Source: a virus (Duplodnaviria > Caudoviricetes). From it: a DNA stretch of 58,645 nt. Numbering within the stretch: the first letter of the stretch is position 1; each line of letters begins with the position of its first letter. Where the stretch lies: positions 1 to 58,645 of the IMG/VR virus record IMGVR_UViG_3300012895_000001. One strand, written 5' to 3'. The notes under the pieces were generated by a model that saw nothing but the letters and a program-made list of their open reading frames with translations, was not told where the DNA came from and ran no database searches. This document shows, in pieces, positions 29,472 to 39,484 of the stretch. Position numbers and translations under genes: made by a program.

Positions 29472-30283
29472 GTAAGCAAAGTGATTTTATGACCGGAATG
29501 GGGATGTATTACAGCGGTTGGGTTGCGAAAAACAAACCAACTGACCAGTCTGCAGACGTTCCGCATTTTTTAGCCTTTGAAACACTGAAGCCCTATGTTG
29601 AAAAGCATTTAGGCGACCTGCAGTCTATCGTTGTTAAATATCGCACAGAAAAGGGAAGCATTGCCCACGGCATTAAAGCCGAAATAATACCTAAAATCTG
29701 TGAAATATGGCTGGATGCAGATGAGGAAATTAAACTTGGGAAAAGACAGAAGCAGATCGCGCAAAAAGCAAAAATCATAATTCGAGCACTGGCTCACGTT
29801 GGCATTGTTGCGCTAGTTGATGAGGCGACTGGATACCAAGAAGTTCGCAATAAAGAGGCGCTGCAGGCTCTTTTGGATGCGTTTCTGCAGAAAGAATTTG
29901 CTGCTTGGGCGAAGCGATTTCCAGATGAATTTTACAAGGAAATGTTCCGTTTGCGGGGATTGGCTTGGAATAAACTCTCCGTTAGAAGGCCGCTTTATAT
30001 TGGCCGACTCACAAACGATATTGTTTATGAACGCTTGGCGACTGGCATTCTGAATGAGCTGCAGGGACGAAATCCACGCGATGAGAAAGGCCGCCGTCCC
30101 CAGAAACATCACCAATGGCTCACAGATGATATTGGACACCCAGCGCTCGCTCAACACCTTCATGCGGTCATTGGATTGATGCGCGCTTGCAAAGATTGGA
30201 CGCATTTCCACGATTTATTAGACAAAGCGTTTCCAAAAAAGGGAAGCGTGCTGCAGTTGGAGTTGTTGACGGATGATAAATAA
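29468..30283 (+). pseudogene. P63C domain protein, probably 5'-truncated
   Basis: LAHVGIVALVDEATGYQ, W.KRFPDEFY, TNDIVY.RL, HHQWLT.DIG.P.L; no free 5' region. Confidence 0.75.
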
Positions 30284-30290
30284 TTTTAAT

Positions 30291-30357
30291 GGGGTGGCTT
30301 GGAGTTGCGCTGGGCTATACATCCACGGCAGCATGAGGTTCGATTCCTCACACCCCA
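30291..30357 (+). ncRNA. tRNA-like remnant (acceptor stem plus T arm)
   Basis: GGGGTG...TGAGG-TTCGATT-CCTCA-CACCCCA; no clear D or anticodon arm. Confidence 0.4.
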
Positions 30358-30408
30358 AACCTACCCCGCAAAGAAAGTAAATCAAAACCGGCTGGATTCA
30401 AATTCAAA

Positions 30409-30972
30409 TTAAGGCACTACCAAAAATTCAGCTTTTTGAATTTCATGTCCAAAACAGTATTTGAACAAAACATCCTGCGCCCATCCATCTTTTCGGGTTG
30501 CAACCTGAACCAACATCTTCTCCGCTTCGCGGTCAACTCTAACTTTCGATGTCTGCTGTTGGATTAAATTTAACTGATTATGAAGCCTCTCCCTCTCATC
30601 CTTTTCCGTATTCAGTGCGCGTATCGCAGCATCGCGTTCTTTCTCTACCGAAATCAATTGCGCCTTCAAACGTTCCCGATCCGACTCCGTTGTTTGAAGG
30701 CTTTGCTCAAGCGCGAATACTTCCGCACGGTGTTGTTCTTCCGAGAGATTCAACTGCGCCGTCTTAAGACTAGTCTCGCGGCTCTGCCGCCAGCCGAGCC
30801 ACTTAAAAAAACTTCCTATCAATGCCAGCGGATTCACGCGCGGTAAATCAAACGCTTTCCAACCGGCTTTGGCAAGCCCGCTTCCTTGAACGAGGACGGG
30901 AGAGCAGGGGAACGGCGGGCGACATGTTTTCAAAACCAACGGGGAACCAATCAGGAACCAATGGAGAACCAC
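30409..30972 (-). CDS. coiled-coil hypothetical protein (true start probably ~30840)
   Basis: Coiled-coil ORF. Confidence 0.4.
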   Translation of the reverse strand: MVLHWFLIGSPLVLKTCRPPFPCSPVLVQGSGLAKAGWKAFDLPRVNPLALIGSFFKWLGWRQSRETSLKTAQLNLSEEQHRAEVFALEQSLQTTESDRERLKAQLISVEKERDAAIRALNTEKDERERLHNQLNLIQQQTSKVRVDREAEKMLVQVATRKDGWAQDVLFKYCFGHEIQKAEFLVVP

Positions 30973-31271
30973 TAAAAGAGAAATCAGACGAAACGGGCAA
31001 AAAAGGAACCACTAAAGGAGGAACCAATCAGCAACCAATCGAGACCCAATTGGAAACCACTGGAGGAACCACAAGCGGAACCACTGGAGGAACCACTAAA
31101 ACAAATGCTTCTTTAACAAAAGCCCCCAAACAAAAGCGGGAGAACGCTTCCGCTCAAGTTTTGGAGACGGAACGGGATCAAGAATCGGAAGCACCAGCCG
31201 GACAGATTCCAGGGATGTCGCCGGAAGAACTGAAAGCGGCGGTTGCCGCCATGCGAAAAGCCATCGAATGA
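30822..31271 (+). pseudogene. fragment of a second replication initiator with GGAACCA(C/A) iteron-like repeats
   Basis: About 10 GAACCA-type repeats at ~30942-31100 in a low-complexity ORF. Confidence 0.45.
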
Positions 31272-31456
31272 AAACTACCACCCACCCAACCTTGCCATTC
31301 AGCACCGCGCCGATTGATTGGAAGCAGCCCGTTGAATGCAAATTTGACCAGCTTCAAGTTCTCCGCCACACGGCAGAGCGAAACGGTTTTCACATTTCCA
31401 ATCTTCAACCCGTGCCCGGAGGTTACGAGGTGCATTTTAAGGCCAAGGCGAATTGA
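31268..31456 (+). CDS. hypothetical protein
   Basis: ATGA-coupled ORF. Confidence 0.5.
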   Translation: MKTTTHPTLPFSTAPIDWKQPVECKFDQLQVLRHTAERNGFHISNLQPVPGGYEVHFKAKAN

Positions 31457-31468
31457 CCCGACAAGATT

Positions 31469-32137
31469 ATGATGAACACCGATTTTCAAAACGCCGACGG
31501 CTGGCCGGCTTGTGGCCGCAGTCTCGAAAACGCGAATCTGTTATCTGGATTCGAGCTGCACCATGCGCCGGCTGCGGAATTAGCCGCCAATGGCGGGATC
31601 TGCGCCAAGTGCGCGACCAAAATCCGAAAGGCCAATGCTGGCGTTCTGGCTGGGAAAATTGAATTGCCGGTGGACCTTAATGAGCATAACCGCGAATCGG
31701 AATTTGAACCCGATCTCGTCGGTTTTTCTGAGGACGGCCATAGAGTCGGAGTGGTGGAATTCGATTTCGCCGCCCTCGACGGCGTGCTGGAATCCGCGCC
31801 GGAAGAAGCGCGGCAAATGGCTGGTGAAGCAATACGCGAAAACCTGCCGTATTGCTTTGGCAACGGCAACCTGACCGCAGCAGCGGCCAAGTTCGCTGTC
31901 ATTGGCGCTGGCTTGAGGCCAGATGCACCAGGACTGAACGACGCAACGCAGACGGACCTAGCGAAGCGGCTAGGACTGAGCAAGGCGGCATTAAGCAAGG
32001 CTTCGGTGAAGTTCCAAGACACCTTTGGGGTCAAATTCGGCCGTTCACGCTCATTGTCGGCTCGGTCGAAGATGCGAGCACGAAGGCTTGGCGGCCCAGC
32101 CCGCAACCACCACGACACGAAGGACACCGCGCCATGA
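31469..32137 (+). CDS. putative HTH regulator related to ORF 10294
   Basis: TQTDLAKRLGLSKAALSK...FQDTFG...RS...R.KM. Confidence 0.6.
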   Translation: MMNTDFQNADGWPACGRSLENANLLSGFELHHAPAAELAANGGICAKCATKIRKANAGVLAGKIELPVDLNEHNRESEFEPDLVGFSEDGHRVGVVEFDFAALDGVLESAPEEARQMAGEAIRENLPYCFGNGNLTAAAAKFAVIGAGLRPDAPGLNDATQTDLAKRLGLSKAALSKASVKFQDTFGVKFGRSRSLSARSKMRARRLGGPARNHHDTKDTAP

Positions 32138-32318
32138 CCCCCCACCCCGTAAATATTTTCTTTGATCGTCCGTTCCCCAATTCAGTTTCGAAACGGCCAA
32201 ATCTTTCCATGCGCACCGTATTTTCTCGAATATACACTAAAACCTTGGAATAGCCCCATTTGAGTCAATCCCGATTTTGACTGTGCCGGATTGATGCCGG
32301 CCCTGTGAATGAAATTTT

Positions 32319-33146
32319 ATGAACCAGCCAATCTCGATGGACATGGACACCTCCGGCTTGACCAAGGTGATTCCTGAATTGGTTTCGTTCGGCCGCCGCA
32401 CCGTCGCCGAACAATGCGTCACCAGCATGGGCATGATCCTTCAGGACGCGCAAAACCTGACGCCGTTTGTGGCCACCACGCGGATGGATGCCGACCTCGA
32501 AGTGGACGTGGAAGGCATCACCGGCACTGGCCGTCCGTCCAAGGCCAAGAATCCGAAACATTTCAAAGTCACGCCCGGACAATGGCGGCGGCACGCCACG
32601 CCGCTGGGTGTTTTGATCGTCATGGCGCGGATGCGGCCAGGTTCCAAATACAACCGCCTCACCGGCAGCCGTTGGGCCTTGCCATCCGCCATCCTGCCCA
32701 CCGGCAAGGGCAGCGCGCGGGATCGTCAGACCATCATCGGAAATTTACTCAGCCGCATGACCCTCGCCCGGCATTCCTCCGGGCATTACCTGCAATCCGG
32801 TTACAAGTTCGTGCGCGACCTTTGCGTGAGCAGCCCGCTGTTCAAAAATAAGTATCGCGCCCGCACCGGAGTCGCCAACGCCAACTCGATGAACAAGCTC
32901 GACGCCAGCGCGCTCGGCCGGCTGACCATGACCCCGCCCGACGGCGACCGATTCAGCATCACCGCCGAGAACAACGTCGGACAGTCCGGCAATGCCATCC
33001 TCGATGCCAAGCATCGCCTCGCCTTGATTCAGCATTCCGGTCCCGCCCTCCAATCCGCCATCAACCGCGAAACCGCCGCCATCAACCGCGAACTCGCCCG
33101 CCGCATCGAGGAAGGAATGCCCCGCTTCAACAAAATGCTGTCCTGA
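32319..33146 (+). CDS. putative neck / tail-completion protein
   Basis: Basic protein at the start of the tail module. Confidence 0.5.
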   Translation: MNQPISMDMDTSGLTKVIPELVSFGRRTVAEQCVTSMGMILQDAQNLTPFVATTRMDADLEVDVEGITGTGRPSKAKNPKHFKVTPGQWRRHATPLGVLIVMARMRPGSKYNRLTGSRWALPSAILPTGKGSARDRQTIIGNLLSRMTLARHSSGHYLQSGYKFVRDLCVSSPLFKNKYRARTGVANANSMNKLDASALGRLTMTPPDGDRFSITAENNVGQSGNAILDAKHRLALIQHSGPALQSAINRETAAINRELARRIEEGMPRFNKMLS

Positions 33147-33177
33147 CCGCCACTTTGACTTCAAGGCTTTTCTGACA

Positions 33178-33750
33178 ATGGGCAATCTCCGCGACAAAAA
33201 CGACCGCGCCATCCGCGCCTTCATCTACGCCACCGTAAAAGGCGTCAACGCCAAACTGCCAATCTACATCTCGCGCGATCCTGAATCCCGCGATGTCGCC
33301 ACCGCCCCCGGACTCGTGGATGTCAAGACCGTGCAGGGGCCGGAATCGCCCCCCGGCAGCGGCAATTACTTCCTCACCGTCCTTGTCCGCGCCAAAATGT
33401 CAGGCACCGACCAGCCCGACCAGCCGGCCAACACCAATCACGGCTTTCTAAACGACCTGATAGACGCCCTGCACGACGTGCTGCACCAATCCGACAACGG
33501 CCAGGATTACCACGCCACCGCCAAATTGATTTCCGAAGCTGGTAATTCACTCATCACCGACCAATCCAGCGGCACCGACGAAGTGGAAACCGCCCGTGCT
33601 GCCCGCGATGCCGACATGGCGGATTATTCCTGCCTTGCTTTGTTGCACACCTCCCTCGGCGGCGACCACGACCCCGATGCCGACGTGAATTACATCGAAC
33701 TGATCACCTTTCAGGTCAATGTCATCGGCTCTGGCGGTTATTGGGATTAA
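33178..33750 (+). CDS. putative tail terminator
   Basis: Position and acidic alpha/beta pattern; TTGACT motif upstream. Confidence 0.5.
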   Translation: MGNLRDKNDRAIRAFIYATVKGVNAKLPIYISRDPESRDVATAPGLVDVKTVQGPESPPGSGNYFLTVLVRAKMSGTDQPDQPANTNHGFLNDLIDALHDVLHQSDNGQDYHATAKLISEAGNSLITDQSSGTDEVETARAARDADMADYSCLALLHTSLGGDHDPDADVNYIELITFQVNVIGSGGYWD

Positions 33751-33756
33751 ATTTTA

Positions 33757-34013
33757 TGACCGACACACCCGAAAATCCACAACCCAAGCCAAGTCCCGCC
33801 AAATCCGAAGCCTGGTCCGTGCGCGGCCTGCGCCTGCCTGCGACCGACGCCATCGCCAAACTACGCGAAAACGACAAGATCCCCGACGAGGACCGCGACT
33901 GGCTCATCCGCAAGATCGAGAAATCCGGTTTTGCCGGCGTCGTCGTGGACGCCCACGAACATTTCCATGAAGGCGCGACCATCCTGAACGCTTCTGTGCT
34001 GAAGTTGTATTGA
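33757..34013 (+). CDS. hypothetical protein (start approximate)
   Basis: MTDTPENP... ORF. Confidence 0.5.
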
Positions 34014-34041
34014 GCGCCGCTTGACTTTCTCCGATTGTTGC

Positions 34042-34458
34042 ATGAATAAATTTTCCACCAGCCTGCTGTTGCTCGTCCTTTTGACAGGCAGACTTTTCGC
34101 TGGCACCACCACCGTCTCGAATCTCGTCACTTACGCCGCCACTGGCGTCACGACCACCACCACGAACTACGGCGTGCCTGTCCGCATCGGCACGGCTTAT
34201 GTGACGATGCCGCCGAACATCCTCATCTCGCACGGCAACCTGTCCAACACGGCCGCCCTCACCGTCAACATCCAAAGCGGCACCTCCACCACGAGCAACC
34301 TGATGTCCACCACGGCCACCTGGACGCCTTCCACAACGAATTCCGAGGATTACACCGTTCAATCCACCACGCTTTCGATTCCGATCTACCAGCAAACGAT
34401 GGTCATCGCCACCAACAACGTCACCGTCGGCACCAAGGCCATCTTTGTCGCCCCCTAA
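34042..34458 (+). CDS. signal-peptide Thr/Asn-rich protein
   Basis: MNKFSTSLLLLVLLTGRLFA signal. Confidence 0.7.
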   Translation: MNKFSTSLLLLVLLTGRLFAGTTTVSNLVTYAATGVTTTTTNYGVPVRIGTAYVTMPPNILISHGNLSNTAALTVNIQSGTSTTSNLMSTTATWTPSTTNSEDYTVQSTTLSIPIYQQTMVIATNNVTVGTKAIFVAP

Positions 34459-34480
34459 AGTTGACTTAACGATTTTTACG

Positions 34481-34882
34481 ATGAAACGATTCCTCGCTCT
34501 CCTGATTTTGCTTTTCGTGTTTGCGTTGCTGCTCACACCGGCCCGCGCCGGCATCCTGATCGGTTCGCTCACCACCATCACCACGGCGCAGACCAACAGC
34601 CCTACGTTCGTCACGAACAACGCCTATATCTCGATTCCGCAAGTCACGATTTCCAATAACGGCTTGTCGGCCACCAATTCCTACACCGGCTGTTTCCGCT
34701 GGTCGCTCGATGGAACCACGTTTTTCACCAACAACACGCCCATCTTCAATCCGTCCGTGACCAACGCCGGCAGCGTCACCATCGCGCCGCAGGTCGTCAC
34801 CGTTCCGGTCTATGTGCAGATGCTTGCCATCACCAACCCGGCAGCCGTCGGTGCCATCCAGCTTGGCGTCACCTCCCCGTAA
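34481..34882 (+). CDS. signal-peptide Thr/Asn-rich protein, paralog-like to 34042
   Basis: MKRFLALLILLFVFALLLTPARA signal; shared Y..P...IS.G.LS.T motif. Confidence 0.7.
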   Translation: MKRFLALLILLFVFALLLTPARAGILIGSLTTITTAQTNSPTFVTNNAYISIPQVTISNNGLSATNSYTGCFRWSLDGTTFFTNNTPIFNPSVTNAGSVTIAPQVVTVPVYVQMLAITNPAAVGAIQLGVTSP

Positions 34883-34887
34883 TTTTT

Positions 34888-35172
34888 ATGGCCGATTTAC
34901 CCAAACCCGCCGCGACTCCGCCGCAAAGTTCGTTGCAAGCCCTGAAGGCTGCCAACGACACCTTGCTCGCCGCGTTTGAAGCCAAGCTGTCCGCTCTCAC
35001 GCCCGACGAACGGCGCAATTACTTTTTCAAGAACAAGGATGCCGAGTCCGTCAACCTCGTGAACTTGCTCTCCGCGCGCGTGGATGCCATCCGCAACCCC
35101 GCCGACCGCAAGGCTTTTTTCATGGCGCATCCCGAATTAGAGATCCGTTACTCAGCCAGCAATTTCAAATAA
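34888..35172 (+). CDS. hypothetical protein
   Basis: Co-oriented ORF. Confidence 0.55.
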   Translation: MADLPKPAATPPQSSLQALKAANDTLLAAFEAKLSALTPDERRNYFFKNKDAESVNLVNLLSARVDAIRNPADRKAFFMAHPELEIRYSASNFK

Positions 35173-35181
35173 TCCAAAATT

Positions 35182-35661
35182 ATGATTCCAGACATCCTTG
35201 TTGGTCAGGCCGCCATCCACGGCATCCAGAACGACGGCACACAGATCGCCATCACCGGCTACGGCACCTTCGTTCTCACCAAAGTCAGCGGCGCGCACAC
35301 CTTCACCATGAACGAACTCATGGATGAAACCGATTTCACCACCGCGATGGACGCTGTGAACGAAGGCCACGAGATCGAGATTGATCTCACCATCTCCGGC
35401 GGCACCGCCGGCACCCGCGCATCCGCCGCTGCCCTGGCTGTTTATCCCGCGCCCTTGGCCAAGATCACCCTCTCGCACCTCAAAACGCAGGGCACCTTTG
35501 CCACCAGCGCCGTGAAACTGTTCGATGGCGACTTTGTATATCTCGGCGGGGCCAAGATTGACCAGGCGCAAGGCGATTGGGTGAAATTGAGCGGCGTCAA
35601 ACTCAAGAAATGGGCGAACGCCACGCAGAACACGTCGCTCACCACGACCGTTACTGGCTGA
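35182..35661 (+). CDS. putative tail tube (major tail) protein
   Basis: Size and position, followed by a terminator and chaperone/tape measure genes. Confidence 0.6.
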   Translation: MIPDILVGQAAIHGIQNDGTQIAITGYGTFVLTKVSGAHTFTMNELMDETDFTTAMDAVNEGHEIEIDLTISGGTAGTRASAAALAVYPAPLAKITLSHLKTQGTFATSAVKLFDGDFVYLGGAKIDQAQGDWVKLSGVKLKKWANATQNTSLTTTVTG

Positions 35662-35679
35662 ACCGGATAAAAAGACATC

Positions 35680-35717
35680 AAGGGCGCGGCGAGCAATCGT
35701 TCCGCGCCTTTTTTATT
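35680..35717 (+). terminator. rho-independent terminator
   Basis: GGCGCGG...CCGCGCC followed by a T run. Confidence 0.65.
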
Positions 35718-35724
35718 AACAAAA

Positions 35725-36474
35725 ATGCACGAAAAGCTACTCGCCGCCGCCGTCCTGCCGATGCCCAGCCGCGTGCTCGGCCTCGACCTCATGCCCTACT
35801 CGCTCGGCTGCGAATTGCAGTTGTTCCGCGAGGACAACGCCTTTATCACGCTTGACCGCTCCGATTTCGATGCCTTGCCAGTCCAAAAACAGATCTACGC
35901 CCTCATCCGCGCCGTAAATATCTGCGCCAAACGCCAACCGCGCTGGTTTTGGCTCTGGTCCAAGCGAAATGTGCCCAAAAAAGAGGCTGATTTGGTCGTT
36001 TGCATCGCTGAATTCCGCAATTATCTGGCCGATGGACGGCTCCAATTCCATGCCGACCTGCCGAAAACCGAGGATGACACCGTGCGTTATTTGGGAGAAC
36101 CAGAGCTTTTACGGCTCTATCGCTTCATTTTGGCCCATGTTCCCGCCGCCGAATACGCTATTTGGGGCGCGACCGCGTGGGATTTCCCGTATTCCATCGC
36201 CAAAATGCTCTCCCAAGGCCATGCCGAATCGCATGGCAACCTCGTCATCTACAACATCCAGCAAAAAACCCACGACGATTACCATCAGCAATGCGAAAAC
36301 GGCCGCGCCGCCTGGCATCTGGCCGGCGATGACGATGCGAAGCGGTCTTTGGCGCTGGTGCAGCACCCAATCATCCGAGAACTCGCCGGCTTGGAAGCCG
36401 AAGTATCAGATTTTGAGAAACGAATGAACACCGGCACCGACGCTGACGAAAAGGAGGCATCATGGCCGGCTTAA
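35725..36474 (+). CDS. putative tail assembly chaperone
   Basis: Between tube and tape measure genes. Confidence 0.5.
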   Translation: MHEKLLAAAVLPMPSRVLGLDLMPYSLGCELQLFREDNAFITLDRSDFDALPVQKQIYALIRAVNICAKRQPRWFWLWSKRNVPKKEADLVVCIAEFRNYLADGRLQFHADLPKTEDDTVRYLGEPELLRLYRFILAHVPAAEYAIWGATAWDFPYSIAKMLSQGHAESHGNLVIYNIQQKTHDDYHQQCENGRAAWHLAGDDDAKRSLALVQHPIIRELAGLEAEVSDFEKRMNTGTDADEKEASWPA

Positions 36475-38003
36475 TTGTCACCATTGACGGACGCAACGAT
36501 CCGTTCAAGCAGAAAGTTGCTGAAACGGTGGCAATTTCCAAGGCCGCCGGTGCCGAAATGGCTGCGACGGGCGCTCCAGCCGTGGCGGATGCCGGCACCA
36601 AAACCGGCCAAAGTTTCTTCCAACGGTTCATCAACGGACTTAAGGGGCACGGCAGCGGCGGTATGCAGCAGCTCGTCCACGTCGTCCGTGCCACGTTTGA
36701 TTCGCTCGCGAGCGGCATGAATCCGTTCCGGGTGTTCCTGCAACAAGCGCCACAGGCGTTGCAGGCATTCTGGTCACTTGGCGGTTCGGCCGCCGCTAAA
36801 TTCATCCTCGGATTCGGAGTGGTGGCCGCCGCCGTGGCCGGCATCGTCGCCAGCCCGTTCATTTTCTTGCACCGCGTCAACGGCCTGGTTCTGAAACTGA
36901 ACGATTCCGTCCAAAAGGTTTTTAACGCCGACCATATCCCGAAATATCTGCAAAAGGTCAACGAGATGGCCGAGGCGGAAAAGGATGTGACCGATGCTGT
37001 GGACAAACGGCTTGATGCTTACAACTCCGTTTCCGAGGCTGCCGCGCGCGAACTGGCCGTGGCGAAACAAAAAATTGATTACGAACGCGAGTTATTGGAG
37101 GCGCGCAAGGCCAACGACCTTGCAGCCGCCACCAGCGTCCGGCAGCGCGCGGAAATCGAAAAGAAATACGCCGCGATGGGCATGGCGTTGAACAAACAGC
37201 AGCGCGATGCCGAACTGGCCGCCATGATCAAGGATAAGGCCGCGCTCGAAGCCGAATCGAAACAAAAATTGCTCGATATGGAATCAGCCGCGCCGAAATT
37301 CTCTGAAGCGCGCCATGAGCAGGACTTGCAAAACGCCAAGGAGGCGGCGGACAAGTCCAAAGCCTACTTTGCACAGGCCGAACCCGGCAAGAAGGATGAC
37401 CGCGCCTTCAGCATGGACAAGGACCGCGTGCTCGCCCGTTCCGTTGACAAATTCGAGTCCGAAATGGCTTGGTTCCGGGCCAAGTTCGCTGACTGGTGGA
37501 CCGATCCGGTCTATAAGAATGGTTTGGAGAAGGCCCGCGCCGTGGCCCAAGCCGCCCAATCTCGCATCAACCAGAATCAAGGCAACCTGACCGCCTACAA
37601 CAGGCTTTTGGACAACGAAGGCGACGTGAAGCGCGCTTTCCAGAAAGCCGAGGATCTGCGGCGCGAAGCCGAGAAATCCGCCGCTGCTGCCGCCATTTTG
37701 GGAGGTCCAGAAGGCGAGATTGCCAGAAAAGTTGCAGCAAATAAGGCTTCCGATGCCCAGGAAGCGGCCGTGAGTGCGCTGCGGTTGGCGAGGAAAGATC
37801 CGTTGGGTAACGGCCAATCCAATGGCTCCGGCAATGCTTCAGTCACCGACCGCGAACGCATCGGCGCGGCCAGCAATGCCATGCAGGCGACCACGCTCGA
37901 CATACAGCGCCGCCAGCTCTCCGTTCAGGAAAAGCTGCTGCAACATTTCCAAAGCCAGACCGTGGACGGCAATCCCGCCGTCGGCGGCGCGCACTTTGTC
38001 TAA
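36462..38003 (+). CDS. tape measure protein (short)
   Basis: LASGMNPFRVFLQQAPQ (lambda TMP N-terminal motif), Ala-rich coiled coil. Confidence 0.8.
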   Translation: MAGLIVTIDGRNDPFKQKVAETVAISKAAGAEMAATGAPAVADAGTKTGQSFFQRFINGLKGHGSGGMQQLVHVVRATFDSLASGMNPFRVFLQQAPQALQAFWSLGGSAAAKFILGFGVVAAAVAGIVASPFIFLHRVNGLVLKLNDSVQKVFNADHIPKYLQKVNEMAEAEKDVTDAVDKRLDAYNSVSEAAARELAVAKQKIDYERELLEARKANDLAAATSVRQRAEIEKKYAAMGMALNKQQRDAELAAMIKDKAALEAESKQKLLDMESAAPKFSEARHEQDLQNAKEAADKSKAYFAQAEPGKKDDRAFSMDKDRVLARSVDKFESEMAWFRAKFADWWTDPVYKNGLEKARAVAQAAQSRINQNQGNLTAYNRLLDNEGDVKRAFQKAEDLRREAEKSAAAAAILGGPEGEIARKVAANKASDAQEAAVSALRLARKDPLGNGQSNGSGNASVTDRERIGAASNAMQATTLDIQRRQLSVQEKLLQHFQSQTVDGNPAVGGAHFV

Positions 38004-38008
38004 CTATC

Positions 38009-38914
38009 ATGGGAACACCAATCTTAAACGGCAGCGATGAACCAGCCAAGCAATTCTGGGAACAGGATTTCTCGCGCTGGAATTCCGGCGCGAGCACTCT
38101 GGAATTCAAGGGCTACAACATCGCCAAGATGTCCGCGCTCGCGCAGTCGTATTACAACGCCGGCTGGCGCGGAAAATTGCGCCTGGAAAAGAATCTCGCC
38201 ACCCTCACGCTTCAGTCCAGCGATATGTCCGGCGGCACCGGCGGTTCGTGGGGCGGCGGCGGCGGTTCCGGGGCCATCACCGACAAATGGGAGATTTCAG
38301 TTGACCAGGAAAAGCCCGACCTGCTCGACAACGACAATTTCCTGTCCTACGCCACCGCTGCCGACGGCACCTTCACCGGGCTTTCGCAGCAGATTTGCCA
38401 GTTGATCCGCCGCGTGGCTTCAAGCGACAACCCGACCTGGGGCGGCTTCAAGGCTGCCGCCGATGTCGCCGTCATCGTGGATTCGTCTGGTGCTCCTATC
38501 GCCGGCCAGACCATCTCCGCCAATTTCAGCATCTCCACCATCAGAAATTGGGTGCAGGATTACTTTCGCGGTGCGACCAACTATGTGCGCGGCAAATACA
38601 CCGTCCGGCACACCACGCTCGCGCCGAACAATTACGCCGCCAACGTCGCCGATTTCAACGTCTGCCGGATTTACACCATCAGCCAGTTATTGACCGAACT
38701 GCAAAGCACCAGTCTTTGGATTCTGCCGTTGCCCAGTTATCTGGCCTACAAGATCAACGCCTATCCAGTCCCGTCCTATCAGCCGGCCAACTTCATGTTC
38801 GGCGCATTGAAGATGCGCAGCCCGGCCGTCCTCGCCGCGCTCGGCCGCATTGAGATCACCACCGAGTATCTGATTGACACCTGGCCCATCCACACTTACG
38901 GCACCGCCTCGTGA
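38009..38914 (+). CDS. putative distal tail / baseplate protein
   Basis: Directly after the tape measure gene. Confidence 0.5.
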   Translation: MGTPILNGSDEPAKQFWEQDFSRWNSGASTLEFKGYNIAKMSALAQSYYNAGWRGKLRLEKNLATLTLQSSDMSGGTGGSWGGGGGSGAITDKWEISVDQEKPDLLDNDNFLSYATAADGTFTGLSQQICQLIRRVASSDNPTWGGFKAAADVAVIVDSSGAPIAGQTISANFSISTIRNWVQDYFRGATNYVRGKYTVRHTTLAPNNYAANVADFNVCRIYTISQLLTELQSTSLWILPLPSYLAYKINAYPVPSYQPANFMFGALKMRSPAVLAALGRIEITTEYLIDTWPIHTYGTAS

Positions 38915-38917
38915 ACC

Positions 38918-39484
38918 ATGAAAGGTTACAAGCCACTCAAACCCGTCGGCGATTCCGGCTTCGCCCTGTTCGTCATCGCCATCTGGGAGATGCTATGGAA
39001 CGGCAAGTTTCCCATTCGCGGCGTCAAAGGCGCGAAGGTGGCCTATGTGGACGGCTACTATGAAGTCAGCGCCGATCCGTCCAAGGGCGGCTCCGGCGGC
39101 TCCGGCTGGAAATGGCAATCGCCCAAGAAAGAACTCGACCAAACCGTGGCCGTCGCCGGTCCGAATGGTGACACTTACACCGCCGTCTATCTCTCCCCCG
39201 GCAATCCGCTCTGCACCGACGGTATGCTCGACCTCATTTCGGGCGAACTGGTCATCGCCCCGCCCGGCATCTGGATGGCGGCGCAAGCCGTCCCCGCCCA
39301 AGTCACCAACCCGGCCGGATTACCCGCCGGCGTCTATTACAACGTCCCGCAACTGCCCTATCCCGGAACCACCAGCCCGCCCACCGCGCCATCCGGCACC
39401 CCGCTGGCCGGCGACCTTGACGGCTCGGATGTTTTCTGGATTCAGATTGAAGCCTACGATTACTGCGCCAATCAAGTTGCATGA
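38918..39484 (+). CDS. putative tail protein
   Basis: Tail-module position. Confidence 0.5.
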   Translation: MKGYKPLKPVGDSGFALFVIAIWEMLWNGKFPIRGVKGAKVAYVDGYYEVSADPSKGGSGGSGWKWQSPKKELDQTVAVAGPNGDTYTAVYLSPGNPLCTDGMLDLISGELVIAPPGIWMAAQAVPAQVTNPAGLPAGVYYNVPQLPYPGTTSPPTAPSGTPLAGDLDGSDVFWIQIEAYDYCANQVA

